Source: Blasia pusilla
Taxonomy: Eukaryota
Assembly: GCA_050084515.1 (NCBI GenBank)
Contig: CM114271.1
Span: forward strand, 35,154,001-35,218,000
DNA: 64,000 bases
Direction of reading: 5' to 3'
The translations under genes were made by a program, and so were the position numbers. This document shows positions 13,501 to 27,110 of this stretch, in pieces (within the stretch, counting starts at the first letter, position 1; each line of letters begins with the position of its first letter). The notes under the pieces are model-generated. The model was not told the origin of the DNA. It made no database searches and saw only the letters and a list, made by a program, of their open reading frames with translations.

Positions 13501-16500
13501 ATTGGCCAACGATTGGTGTGATCTCGCGCAACCGACACTAACTCACTCCCAGCCCCAAGATCCGGCCAATCGTTTGCTCCCATCTGCTTTGATTCAGGTT
13601 TTTTTTCCCCGCTCTCGTTTCTTATCGATCTTAGTTTTAAGAGACGCTGTGAAGTGGACTGGTCGGTGAATTCTTTCTAGGCCTTAGAATCTCATTGTTG
13701 GTGGAGGAGAGGTGAATAATTGAGGAGAGTCACAGGCGACCTCTCTCTCGTCTTCTATCGTTCAAATGATTTGGCTATTTCCACAATACTGGTCAGATCA
13801 AAGTGCAGAAAAGAGAGAGAATTTTTTTCCCTGGATAATGAAGAATCCAGGATTTGAACGAGGTCTGTGGAAAGAGAGCAAGATGAATGTGGGGCAGATT
13901 CGAGGGGAAAGATAGAGGGGACGAGGCATGAATGCGAAACGGGCAATTTGCGTGGAATTTGCAAAAAAAGAACTAGGGATGACAGCGATGGGAAATGTTG
14001 GTATGGGGTCTTGGTCTGTCGTGGAGGAAGCATCGTCCGGCAACACATGGGAAGGGATGGCGGCAGTGCAGGCGAACAGAAGGGCGCGGAGGAAGAGACG
14101 AGGAGGTTGGCTGATGTGGACGGTATTCCTTAAGGAAGATTTCCCGGAAGTGATCGAGAAAAAGTAGTAAGGAGTAACTTTACGGAGGTTAGGAGGAGGA
14201 GCAGGGGGAGGAGTACAGGGGGGAGGATTCGTTGACTCGATAATTCTGGCGGATAGTTTTTGCGACGGCGGCATCGTCGGCGTCCTCCGCTACTATTTGG
14301 GTTTCTTTCTTAATTAAAAGTCTGCGGAGCCGTCGACCTCTTCCTGCCCTAATGCCCGGGGAAAGATGCGACTTACTTTCTCGTCTTCTGCACCAACTGC
14401 ATTGGGTCTGTAACGTATGGGACTCCGCTGCAGGTATGGTCTTCGGCTGGGCAGGTCCGTCTTGCGTGGGTTGGTTTCGGCTGATGGATTTGGATTTGTC
14501 TATTGGTCGGTCGTAGACCGTCTCTCCTCATCCTAGAATTGAAGGAATACTGCTGCATTGGGTCTGTAATTTATGGGACTCTCCTGCAGGTGTTGCCCTC
14601 AACGTGAGAACGACTCGCTGCTCCAGGGGCCTTTGCTGCGCGGTGGTGGTATCGGGGGTAGTGCTCTCGGTGGTGGGAACGGTGGGACTTGTTTTTTATA
14701 TGTGTTGGTGGAAAACAAGTTGAAGAGGGAGGTGGTACAACTCTAGACAGGCACGGAATTTAGTCCACCATAAAAGTAAATGTGAGAGGCAGGGCGGAGT
14801 GAACGCGATGGGGCCCACATTCCACCACCACCAGAGCCTTACTTTTTGCGGGGGAAGGCCCCCTTCTTTCTCCTCGGGGCCGGTTCCGCCCTCTTGAGGT
14901 CTATTTTTTGGTCTCCATGCCTCCTCTTTTTCTACATACATATTTTATTCCCTTCTTTTTGCGGACCCTTTTTTTTTCGGATGTTCGTGTGGCTGTCACG
15001 AGAGCACAGATAATTCATCCGCAAGTTTCAAGGATCGTTGACAGGGTTTCGGTCTCTCAATGCAAAGTGTATGATCCAAAGTATACGTCTCAGGTTATCT
15101 CTACACTCTTCGACATCGATTTTTGAGCTTTTCTGGATTTTGCTAGGGATTACCCTTCCACGCTTCAAAGTTTCAGGTCATTCGTTCGACATTCCCTACC
15201 CCTAACTGCGCCGCTTGCTTTTTCACCTGCCACGGCACCCCGGGACTTAAGGTGAGAATTTGTGTTCGTTTCTCTTTCGGCCTGGCAATAGTCCCCCACT
15301 CATGGGCATGTGCCAAGTGGGAGGCTTACAACGATTCTGGATATAACTTCTTTGTCACAGCTAGCTTCCAAATATGTTGCATCTGTCCGGGTCATGGTCC
15401 TCGCCGATTTCGGATTTCGGAAACCTTCCACAAGTTGAGTTTTACTTCGGTCGGTTGGACTTTCGCTCGGTGGCATGCGGAAGAAGCGTGGGGAACTTTG
15501 GATTCACGTGGACAAATCTAGATATAGTAATTCAGTTTCTGGACCTTCTCGTACAAATGGCAACTGTCAGACGCACACCTAATCGTGCGGTCAGAGGGTA
15601 GCATTTATGCAGTTTCTGACGGGACGTCTAAGAAATTAGCGTCACCTGTAATGTCTGCTCTCTCTTTCTCCGCAGTCTCTTAAAACTTGCAGATTCTCGT
15701 CTTTTCCCAACTGGTTCCTCCAGAACTCCGGTAGAGCAGTACTTTACTACCCACCAAAGGTACACTAGGTAAAATTCTTGTACACAGACTATCTAGTGGC
15801 TACAGAAACAGGGCTACGTTCAGACCTCCCTCCCCTACAGTTACGGGTGCGGACTGCGAAAATCCTGCCGGTCGTCCAGGCCAGTGCACGTTCTCGATTT
15901 CCCAGGCGAGTGCACGTTCTCGTTTTACGTTCGCAATTTGATTGTATAGTGCTACCCATCTAGAACCTAGAGCGGTGGAATTAATTCACATTGAATGAGC
16001 CATTGACCACACTCTAAAATGTCGTCGAGTGCAGCGCGACCTTTCGTAGACCGTAATGAGTGGGTGCTTAGCCCGCAATGGGAATAAGGATAGCGGTTTC
16101 TAGTACTTTCTATCTGAGGGGTTCTACTTGCGATTGCAGAGTACGGACCAAGTAAGTTTCTGTGATCGGCTGAGGAAAGTGGCAGAGTGAGCCAGGAAGC
16201 TCCGCGTTGGACGTCTGAGATAGCGGGAGGTGAGTGCGTGGATGAATTTAAGAAAGTTGGAGCCAGAAACTGCGGCGACGATATGCTTCTCCAGATGTCC
16301 ACTTGTAGGGTGCAAGAAGTTTCGTACGTTCTCTAACAACTAAGGCATCTCAAGCTGACGGGACCTACATCATGCTCATGCCGGCAATTTCGTGGTAGAA
16401 ATCAATGGAATTTGTTAGGACATTTGTAGTAATTTTGTACAAATACTGCCGAATATTGTCTATGGCAGAACTTTTTTCAATAAATGGTCGTCTGTTGATT

Positions 16501-16590
16501 TTCTTGTGACGGTAGTGCGAAATATTGTCCAAAAGTGTTGGTACAAAAGTCGGAACCTGTACATCCTAGGGCTCTGATGGACGAACGGTG

Positions 16591-19500
16591 TTACAACATC
16601 TTCTCGAATTTGTCTAGATTCTTCAACCTTCTCATGTTGTTGACAACCAATATCAGGAAAACACCTGCATCCACATACACATCCAATCTTTAGTTTTCTC
16701 TCTTAAAATCGCAGCTGTGTTTCTGAAATATATCTGGTCTTTCTTCAGCGGATCTTTTCATAGTCTTCTTTAGTCAGTCGACGAAACTCATGAAAGTCTT
16801 TGACGTGAGTAAGCTCCACTCTATGTTCTTATCCTTTAATGGATGCATGAGTTAGACGCTCGAGAGAGCAGATCCACACGACCCTTACCTGCGCCAATGA
16901 AAGGAGCGCTTGAGAGCGGTGACATTCCTTGAGAGAGAGCGAGATTGACTCCGACATTTAGAAGACAGGCAGCAACCACCACGTTCTGTGTAGCTGATTG
17001 CTGGATTGATGCTCTGCGAGCAGCTCTTTCAGCCTGTGTTTACCAACCACAAAGCAGCGTTAAAGCTTCAAAGGAGGAGCCCACGCTGTGCTGTAGAACA
17101 GCTACTCTCAATATCCAGCAATTCTAAAATCCAAATCTCTTCTTTTTTGTTCTACGCAGTCCTTGGATAACGAAATCCTATTTCGCTTGAATCTTAAACG
17201 CCTCCATTCCCAAATTCTTCCGTCGGAAAATGATAAGTTCATCAGGCTTTCGCTAGGTTTCTATTCTCACCTCCAAAACTCGTACGCGAAGCTTGAAATC
17301 GCCAGCTTCAAGCTTCCTGATAATTTCATCCATGCGTTGGATTCGCAGAGGCATTGCCACTGCTGCATCTCTAGCCTGCGAAGATAAAACATTGGCTTCC
17401 GATCAGAATCGACAAAGTTGGTATTTGAACGACGGTAGCTTACATGGGGACAAAGAAGGGTAGTGGGGACATGCATTCCGCATTTGTACAGATTTCTGTT
17501 AATCATGCAGTATGCCATAGACTGACATCGTGCGAAGCATCAAGCTGTAACAACCTGTCTAATTGCAACCCTTATAGAAACCAGAAAACTCTTGCAGCCT
17601 TCTTCCATTAACAGATGTTATCATTCTACTCCAGTTTCAAAATCAGAGAAAATTTGACAAAAATAACGAGGAATAAGACCATACATCAGCTGCCTGTCGC
17701 TGCAGCTCCTGAACGATGTACTGCCCATCCGTCTGCTTGTTACGAACATCCAGTAATTCCTGATAGTGGCAGAACAATAAAGATCTTAGCTGTCCATCGG
17801 TTCGCAATCACTGTAGACTGATATGGAGAGATTTCGAGAGCCTGGGCACCGAATGACTTCACAAAGTTCCTTTCCATGCACATTGGATCCTGCTTCGTAG
17901 GTTCAGATCTGCTCTCTGAAGAGATTAAACCAGACAACAAACTTCTACTCTACGATTACCCAAGATCCTTCGTCTTCTGGCAACATGGCGGTGCATTTAA
18001 GCCTCAAGCTGTTCCTTTACAACTGCCCTTCCTACTTGAAGCACATAGATTGGTGTAGCAAGTTACCTGAGCGTAGGGTGCAGCAATTTTTGCGAAGGAA
18101 AGGTCTGGATCGAGAATAGTTCCGATACCTGGGCCAACAGAACCGTCAGGAATGCCTTCGTCAAGGTTCTTGACAACAATGTTAGTGCAACCAAGAGAGT
18201 TTAATAGCTTTTTGTGACAAGGAGGGCAATGAATGCGTATCAGATGTGACTGAAATTAAACCCGGATTTCGCAAAAGATTTTCAAAACATTGCAGAAGGC
18301 GTACCTTCCAACGTGGAAAAGGCTCGTAGGACGAATGTGAAAGTGGCTGGGAAGCGGAACGGTTGATCAATGGCTATGGCAAACAAATCCTGCAAAAGTT
18401 GACAAATGGACCTTGAGCATTTCAGACCAAGAACGAAGAAAGTTCAGGAAATCGGCATAACATGAGCAGATTTCGAGGTTCGACAATACTCACCTCTCCA
18501 ATTGCTGAGAAAGTGCTGGCCTGATCCGGCCTCTGGTTCATCAAGTTGTCCAGAAAAAACTGAACCGTTTTGCGCACCTGTTGAGATCAGACTGGTAAAA
18601 ATCAGGAGTAAAATCTCTAAATTGTATGGAACTGATCCATCATCTTCAAACGGTCGCTGTAGAAAGGTTTTGGTACGCAAGCGTGCCACATCTTAAAAAA
18701 ATGATCCGTTCTCTTTTGTTTATGGCGACTAGTGAATGAATTCTCCATCCAGGTTTGCACGTCCCGGTGTCCACCGTAATGGGAACTTCTATGCATGAAA
18801 TAACTAAAACCCCAGTTGTGTGCAAGGAATGAAAACACACACAATTTGACACTAAATTGGTGTTTTGAAGGTCAAGTGATCATAGTGTCATCTTCACTGT
18901 TACGAAATACGCTCAACTCTTTCCTCTTTCACGAGATTGGACAACATTAGGAGGCGGTGTGAATGATTCCATGGGATGGCTACCATAAAACTACCATCTA
19001 ACCGAAGGAAACACGACTCCTTACAAAAATATTAGGGCCTCCAAGGCTACCTTTGGACTTTATTTTCACTTACCGGCGACATATCTCCAGTTGGAACCAG
19101 TGCTCCCAAATCTATCAATGCCTGAATGACCTGCACGATGAAGGCATGGATAGAAATAAAGGCATATCCTGTATTAACATACGAGCTCAGAACACGGGCA
19201 AATATTTTTCAACCATGCCCCTTAATTTAGGCAAAGACGATGCGACTATCAGAATCAATTCGTTTATAAGCTTATTTTCTGTAATGATCCCAGTAGGCTA
19301 CTGCTATGAGTTACACCACAGTCATCCTTGAACACCTTAATTAGGCCGTAAGCGGCATGAGTTATGAACCTTTCTACGAGTGCTTTCTTACACCCTCAAC
19401 ACACAAATCACCCATACCCACCTTCTGCGCATCTTTTTCATACACTGCATAAAACATTTCCAGAAGTTTTTCTCTGGTGAAGGCCTTGATGTCGCCCATC

Positions 19501-22500
19501 ATTCCAAAATCGTAATATATGAGCGAGCCATCGGCATCAACTGCTAAATTTCCAGGATGTGGATCAGCATGGAAAAACCCAGTCTTCAGTATCTGCAGTC
19601 AAATCCAGATACCACCTGTGAGGTTTTCTCGATCTCCATGAGCGTGTCCATCCTGCTTTAAGTACGACAAAAGGTCATCTTCAAATTGTCCTAGTTCATG
19701 CAGTCTCTCTGGAACAGTTAGCTTCGAGGGACACAGCTATGTTCTACTGCTGTCACTTCTCTCGATTGATTTGGCATGTTTTGGCGCCACAAATATTGTA
19801 ATTTCTACCCCAATTTCCCTCTTGGGTCCACGTCGACAGAGGATCACATTATTTGTTCATTGTCTTCAAGATTAAGAAAGCAAGTAACTGTAGTGAAAAA
19901 ATCTACTTTATCAAATAGTGCTGTGGGAGGAGTTTCTACTTTCATAAAAAGCAACAATGCAAGCATTCCTGCGTGTTATATAAGATCACGGGAAGGAGAA
20001 TAACTTGAATTAGGTAAGCTTCAATTGCAAGCCGAGCAATCAGCGCACGGTCAAATCCACTGGCATCCAGCTGAGCCACTTCATTTATCTTTATGCCTGC
20101 AAACACTTTGACGGATGAGAAGGCAGATCCTTTTGATATTGTAGGCCAGTGAACTTTCCCACCCTGTGAACTTACGTCAATGCACCCATACATTTTACAA
20201 AAATACCAGCTGAACAAGACATGAAAGTATTGTATAACAGCTGCTCAAGAACCTGTACGGATTTCAAATGAGAAATTGTTGTGGTAAACGAACATAGATA
20301 TTAGGATGAGCTTCTTGTTGCATGCAAATGTAGTTTCTACATTTGGATCCAAAACCCTGACAAAAAATACTACACACGCAAGGCTATGAGGAGTCTCATG
20401 CTTACTCAGTTACCTGGAACATATTCTAGGGTCAATACTTTTCGTGATGCATAATCCCAGTAGATTTGCTGTGACACAGCCAGCGACGAGATCAGACACT
20501 CGTACAAATGCCAACAAGTATCTCCATTAGTATCCAAAAGACATTCCCTTTCTCAAAACATTTATTGGCAATGAAGATAAGTAGAACGTAAGCGCCTACC
20601 ATAGTAGTAAACACATATACCAATATATTCCGATGTTGCTGGACAGTTTCTTTTTAAAGAAAATCCACACACCTTCCCTCAGCACTCTTCCTGGCTGTGT
20701 TTGAATTTTGCGAAGTTCCTTTAGGACTAACATTTCTAGACGATGTCTTGAAAGATGCTTGATTTTGATGTTTGGTTGATCAGCCTATGGTGTGTATTCC
20801 ACCTCGCATCTTTTAATATTCATATGACCTTACCTTACTGTTTCTCGATAAACAAAATATGCAATCGGGCATGATGTAAGACTAGCGGAAAAATGCAGAA
20901 GCATTCATGAGACACATGTACGCTACCAGTTGAAATTCCACCAGCAGAAGCTTTTCAGAAGGGTACTTGAATCTCATGACCTTTTAAAGGAAACTACAAT
21001 CTCTGCCATGATTTTCGTTCTTGAACATGTGACAGGTGAGAGATAACTACTATGGTTGCAAACTTTGATAAACCATAGGCGCTTCAAGTAAGTTACATGC
21101 CACAGGTGGAGATCGAGTTTTCTAGGGTTAAGTCATCACCAGGAGCGGTTTGTGGAAAAATAAAGATGACCATATGACAACCAAAGAGAGATTTGGAGTA
21201 ACTAAATAAATAAGAGAAGGAGGATCGCAATGACAATACACACTTACAGGTATACGTGCCCATTTATAATTCCTGAAGTCTCTTCTGAACCTGTCCGCAT
21301 TCCTTCCCTCATTGAGATAGTCGATCTCTTGATATAAAATCCTGCAATTGTCGAAGGTAGGAGACATCAACATCACAATGCTACAGATATCCTTCTAACT
21401 TCGTTTGTATGTTCGGTTGACAGAGCCATTGGTTGCAGGACAAAAGGTTGTGCAGAGGGCCCATATTTTAATCAATTACAAGAAACTTTAACCGCAGTGA
21501 AGTGAGGAACATGACATCTACTCTGTAGTAAAAGTTCGAGGTTATGCCATGAGAAACAGCTCTTACGTTTTGCATTCCTCATATATTCCGAGCCAATCTC
21601 GTGTGGGTCCTCCTAGAGACTCACTCCTCTGGAAGTAAGACGCAATTAGCCTTAGATTCTCTGCACATGTAACAAACCGAGGTTGAAAGACCTCTGAGTA
21701 CGGCTGCTTCCACTGAATCCCTTCACTCAGAAAATCAACAGAAAGCTATCCCTGCCTTGAATGCGTTGTTGCCACAGTCAAAAAGAAGCAAGGTCCGTTA
21801 GTCGGAACTAGATTAAACTAGAAAAATGATGCCTCTTCTTCCTGACTCAGTCTCTCGTCATACTTACCCAGGTCAATGTCGAAAAGCTCCTTCAATCCTG
21901 GTCTCTGAACTTTAACTGCAACTTTCTCCCCATCGAAAAGCACAGCCCGATGCACCTGCAGATTGGTTATCAAAGCAAATCCAGAGTGAAAATGAATGTG
22001 ATGCTTGTCGAAAGACCTGTGCATCACAAGATAGTTATTAAACGTGCATGGACTTGGTGGGGCGGTTGACCTGGAAATTTTGATTCATAAGCCTCATTGG
22101 ACATGAATGACTTAAGAGATTAGGGTATATTCATGGTTATTAAGAAAACTTGTAAGCAAGTGGAAAGAACTATACGATCGTCCCCATACAGGAACACTTC
22201 ACACGGTGAGAAAATCATGAAAGCGGAGCAGAAGCCATTAAATTGGGTGCAAGTAGTAGTTGAATGCATACCACTACCCATAGAGAGAAACATAAGCAAA
22301 TGCAATAGAAGAAGATTAGACTTCCAGAAAGGCACAAAAAACTTTACATTGGTAAATTTTAATGACCATTACTTGAGCAAAATGCCAAAAAAGAGAAGGA
22401 AAAGTGCTGACATCTACTGCATGGGAATTCAATTAAATATTTCCAGCACCTCGATCGCTGTCCCATAGTATGAGGGATCTAGATTACTGAACACTGCAAC

Positions 22501-25500
22501 TTGTGTTGTAGGGTTTCTGATGTGAATCCAGATTTATAAATAAGCGTAGAAATACATGCAACGAGTTGTTTTCATTCGGGTCATCACAAAAAGAGTTACG
22601 ATCGATGAAACAGAGTTTTTTTACTTTTTAAACAGAACTATTATAAGTACACCGAAAAGGCGCAATATTTCAATTGATTTGGGAAAATTTCATAGTTCTA
22701 GGATGTATAAGCCGTTAAATAGGGGTAACAGAGAAGAGATATAATATGAACTACAAAAGATATGTTCCAAGTAGTCAGATGGGAGTTTCGTTTGCACATG
22801 GTGCAAGAGGTCCTGAATAATGATATCCCCGAGACATGCAAAGAAAGAAGAAAGTCGGGCAGGGAAGGTAAATTCGGCCAAAGGAATCCAAAGGCTAGAA
22901 TTTTTTCTGCAGCTAAGAGTCGCTTGGTCAATTTATCAGCCTGGGAGGAAACCTTTCAAATTTTAGTATTGCCCCATCTCATCGGATAACCACTTCCAAG
23001 TTTTTCTTGTGTTGGGGAAAGAACTCAAGCGCCCAACTGTGCACTTAATAATTAATTAATTCTGGCCTGAAACATCCCAAATAAAGTAAGTAGCTCCTTC
23101 CCGCGCAGAATAACTTCGAACCTCTTTCATGAAGACACGAGAAACATTCATAAAATAACAAGCCTGGAGCTGCAATAGTTCCAGAAACAAAGAAATGGAA
23201 AATTTTTCGTACAGAGGTGAAGGCCATTCAATACCTGTCCTAGGCTGGCAGCAGCAATTGGTTGTCTCTCAAACTGCTGGAAGAGTTGGTCAACTGGAGC
23301 ACCTAGTTCCTTCTCGATAATGGCGATTGCCTTTTCAGGTGAAAAAGCTGGAACTCGATCCTGCAAGACCATTTAAACCAGATAGTGGCTTATTACTAAA
23401 GCGACAGGAAATGGGGATTGCAACTGTACCAATCAATGAAAGTCTTGTTTTAGGTAAGACACAAAATATTAGATCCTTGCCTAGTTTAGTTTCCCTAGAA
23501 TCTCCAAACATGATGCAGTCTAGCTGATTGTCTAGTACTTGGAAATAGTTCTACCGTTGAAGTTTTGGTAAGTAAGCACTCAAATGTCATAAGTGTGTTT
23601 GTTTCTGTTGTAGTCTCTCAACAGCAGCACTGAGGAAGTGAACATCCAAAGCTGACAATACCAACCTATCTGAGTTCAAATACTCGTACACTCACTAAAG
23701 ACAAACTTCTACGTTTCAACAATTAGTACTGCTAACTAGTGAACCTGTACGTTTCTATTCAAACAGCATAGAGAGAAAGAGAAACTCCAATAATTATTCA
23801 AGGCATGACATGATTCGGCAGATATTTCCTGACTACTTACAAGCTAGCAGAAACTGTCAGTTGCTACATATTGCGACCCCGAGATTGTCATGGCCGATTC
23901 CAAGGCCTCTATCTGAGACCTTGGAATTCTAGCGAGTAGAACATAACATCGCCTGGCATAATCTTACAATCACACATAAACTTGGATCTTTGACGAGATC
24001 TAGGTTGATGATACATCGAAAGAGTATTATCTACAAATAAAGCTGCTCTCGCATGCCTCTATGATCACCTGAAGTTTTGCGAGCTCTTCAACAAACTCAG
24101 CAGGGAAAAGATCAGACCGCGTTGATGAGAGTTGACCAAGTTTAATAAATGTGGGCCCCAGCTGCAAAATGCTCTCTCGCACCCAAGATGCTGTTTTGCG
24201 CCTTCTTACTTTCTGAACATCACCAATTGATCAGAACGAAAATTAATCAAACGAAAGAGTTCAACGAGGGTAGTGACGGAATGATGGAGTTTCGAGTATC
24301 ACGTTAATGTGGACTTAAACTTTAAAACATGTGTGGTGCATAAAAAGTCACACCTGCTTGTCCTCCGAGAAATCGCCGGCGTAAGTCCATTTAGCATTAA
24401 TCCAAAATATCTGGGCTCTGAGACTGAGCACGAAGCTCCATATATCGATTGACCTCTGCACAGAATTGTAATTATCCTTCGCCCAGCTAAATCCCTCATC
24501 AGAAGGTAGAACTCGCAAGCTGCTTTCCATTGCAGGGAGCTCGACAGGAGGGCTTAGTAGCTTTCGTTGAGCTGGTGCACCTGAAATTGCAGTTGATCTG
24601 ACCAAATCTTTACTTCCTGGAGATTCGGATTGTCTGACTAAAACCGCCCCGTTGCTCGACCTCCCGTTCACGACCCCATTCGCAATAGTATTTCTGCCGC
24701 TGGGGTATCCCTTCTGTCTATTAGATTCATCAGTGGCAGGTCTATCAGATAAGAGCACATTCCTGAAACTTTCTTTCCGATTGGTGACTCCATTAATTGG
24801 AAATGTTGCCTTACCTGCACAAAGAAGAGGCAGTCAACCCCGTGAGCAAGTCGGGCATTGCAACATTGCCAACATAAGCTACGCCTGTAACCGCAGAGAG
24901 AAATACTTATCGAGCTGACACTACGGTCAGAAAATGAATGTCGACAGAACCCCGCAATGCTTCAAATGGGCAAGTCAGCAACATTCAAACTTCTAGAACA
25001 AAGACTGCTTTCGCCATTCAAGAATCCTCTGTGAGTCGGCCCAATTTGCAGCACATTATTTCTATAGCCTTATTCTCAGAGAAAGCAGACTCAACCACTG
25101 GAACGTTGTTAGAACATGGCAGTCTTTTCACCTCAAATTGAGTCAATCAACTAATCTCTCAGATTGTCAGACTTCAGGAATTTCAGAATTCATTGGTTAT
25201 CCTAAAACCTCGGTGAACCGGCAAGGTGAAATATCGGACGAGTTGGAAGGAAATGCTCTCCAGAAGTACAAGTAGAAGAAGTTCGCTGTTCTGAAACACT
25301 CGGAGGACTGAACATCAATCAACAAGTTGGACAGGAACCATACCATTGGAAGCAACGCCATCGGAGCTGACGAAATTCCTGGTTCCTCCCGATCTTCGTA
25401 GAGCCTCTTCGATAGGAACCATTCTTCCCCTCCCATTACTACTCTCCTCGCTTCTGATTCTGATCGTTCCTCCTTTCCTTTTGCACCATGAATTATCGTC

Positions 25501-25626
25501 GAATTTCCCATTCCCTGCTGACCTGAAACTCCTACCCTCCGATTCTCCGCTCCTGCTCGCCTTGTCCCCACTGTACAGCCTCGAAGATGCAGCAGACAGC
25601 ACCAGCGACTCCGAAAGCCCGGCCAT
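16591..25626 (-). CDS. ABC1K7: ABC1/UbiB-family atypical protein kinase, ABC1K7-like (chloroplast), 18 exons, 764 aa
   Basis: Exons read manually, all GT-AG and phase-consistent (2295 nt including stop): 25626-25344, 24814-24354, 24212-24069, 23360-23235, 21955-21868, 21660-21567, 21341-21248, 20468-20414, 20096-20005, 19592-19422, 19130-19074, 18577-18494, 18389-18305, 18128-18067, 17759-17685, 17375-17271, 17033-16889, 16664-16591. Motifs: [91 protein letters not shown]-terminal LDKFEKML. The N-terminus is Ser-rich and transit-peptide-like. Confidence 0.93.
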
Positions 25627-26820
25627 CTTCTCAATTCCACTCAACAAAAGTCCTCAATTCCCAAGCTCCAGATTCATTTCCTCCGCAATGATCTGCCGAA
25701 ACGCTGACATAACAGTCTCTCCTTCCACCACTGAGCACGCCACACCGACGGACAAACAACTCGTGAGGCGGACGGACGGACACCTTGCGCGCGCAACCGG
25801 GAGCTAGACGGAGAGATGCAATGATCCATCACTCCACCACGTGGCGGGCCGTACAAACAGCGAGTCCGAATATCAGTTCGCGCTAGCGCCAGAACTCAGT
25901 AATAGAGCCCGAATATCCATCTGCGCGACGGACGGAAACGGACGGCGGACCAAGCGGTCTAGGATTTGTCTTTCCCAGGCTGCGACTGGATTTCTTCACG
26001 GCAATGAATTGTGTCTGTGTGCACGTAACTCAACCGTGGAATCCTCGCTCGCTGCGCCCGCGGCTACGTCGTGACGTCTCCTTCTCCGTGGACTCCACAC
26101 CACCACTTCTCCCATCGCTTCCGTGGTGGCGTGTACACCCGAGAGTCTGCCAGTTGCAAGTTTCGCGTCGTCTCTCGAACCATCGCTCACGCCACCGAAC
26201 ACAGAGTACACTATCATCCTCATTGCTACAGGCAGAGTGGAAGAGGGAAATATGCGAAAGGAAGAAACGACAGAGTAGTGCGCGTGGTCATATCTGGAGT
26301 TCAGTCCGCGATTTAGGGAGCGAGAATGGGTGTGTCCAGCGGGACGATAGAAACTTTCATGCGTGAAGAACAGTTCGAGAGAGCTGCCAGAATTTGCGCG
26401 TCAGGAATGTGATGATTTTTTTCTTCGCACGGAGAGGACGCCTTCTCGCGATTTTCAATTCAAGAGAGAGCGGATGATGTCGTTTGGAAAGAAAATATTT
26501 CCGTGTCAAAAAGGTCATTTAGGAGGAGCACGATGGGAGACCATCCGATTGCGCATCCATGTTTCCTCATTTTGTTAACTCTCTCGGCCTTAGGCAGCTT
26601 TACCAGGACAAGCAGTGAAGAAATTAAATCTCGAGAACAAGAGAATGAATGAGTTCAGTGATTTACTGTCAGGAGCGTCTAGGGACGTAGGACTTTCCAA
26701 ACTTTGCAACAATTGAGCAGGACAAGTCAGTTTGGAACAGTTGGATCAGAGGAAACACTCCACAGTGAGTAAGGGACATCCCATGAAGTCATCTGTTTTT
26801 GGTGTAAGAATTTTGCAATT

Positions 26821-27110
26821 TGAATCTGGTTATTGCTAGCCATGAAATCGGTGACAGCGACGAGAGGTCCTGGGAAACAATCTGGCCAAATCTTAATCTC
26901 TTGCTAGCCATGAAATTCGTGACAAAGAGGATAGGCCATGGAAGACAAATTTGCTAATTCTGAATCTGCTTCTTGCTAGCCAGGAAATCGTTGACGCTTA
27001 GGGCAGGCTCTGGGATAGAATAGAACTAAATCTGAATCTGGTTTTTTCTAGCCACGAAATCGCTCAAAGTGAGGGCTAACTCTGAAATTTGTTCATGGTG
27101 GCCAAGAAAT
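26821..27110. repeat. Degenerate tandem repeat, ~70-72-bp unit, 4-5 copies
   Basis: Core GAATCTG(G/C)TT.TTGCTAGCCA(T/G/C)GAAATCG recurs at ~26821, 26893, 26961 and 27033, with a weak copy at ~27083. Confidence 0.75.

Noticed and set aside
12196-14274. ORFs of 80-170 aa as protein genes
   Set aside because: Overlapping ORFs on both strands in low-complexity GC-rich sequence, with no recognisable motif or splice pattern.
26821-27110. 24-codon leucine-rich-repeat gene
   Set aside because: The 72-bp period fits, but both strands have stops or frameshifts and no convincing LxxLxLxxN consensus.
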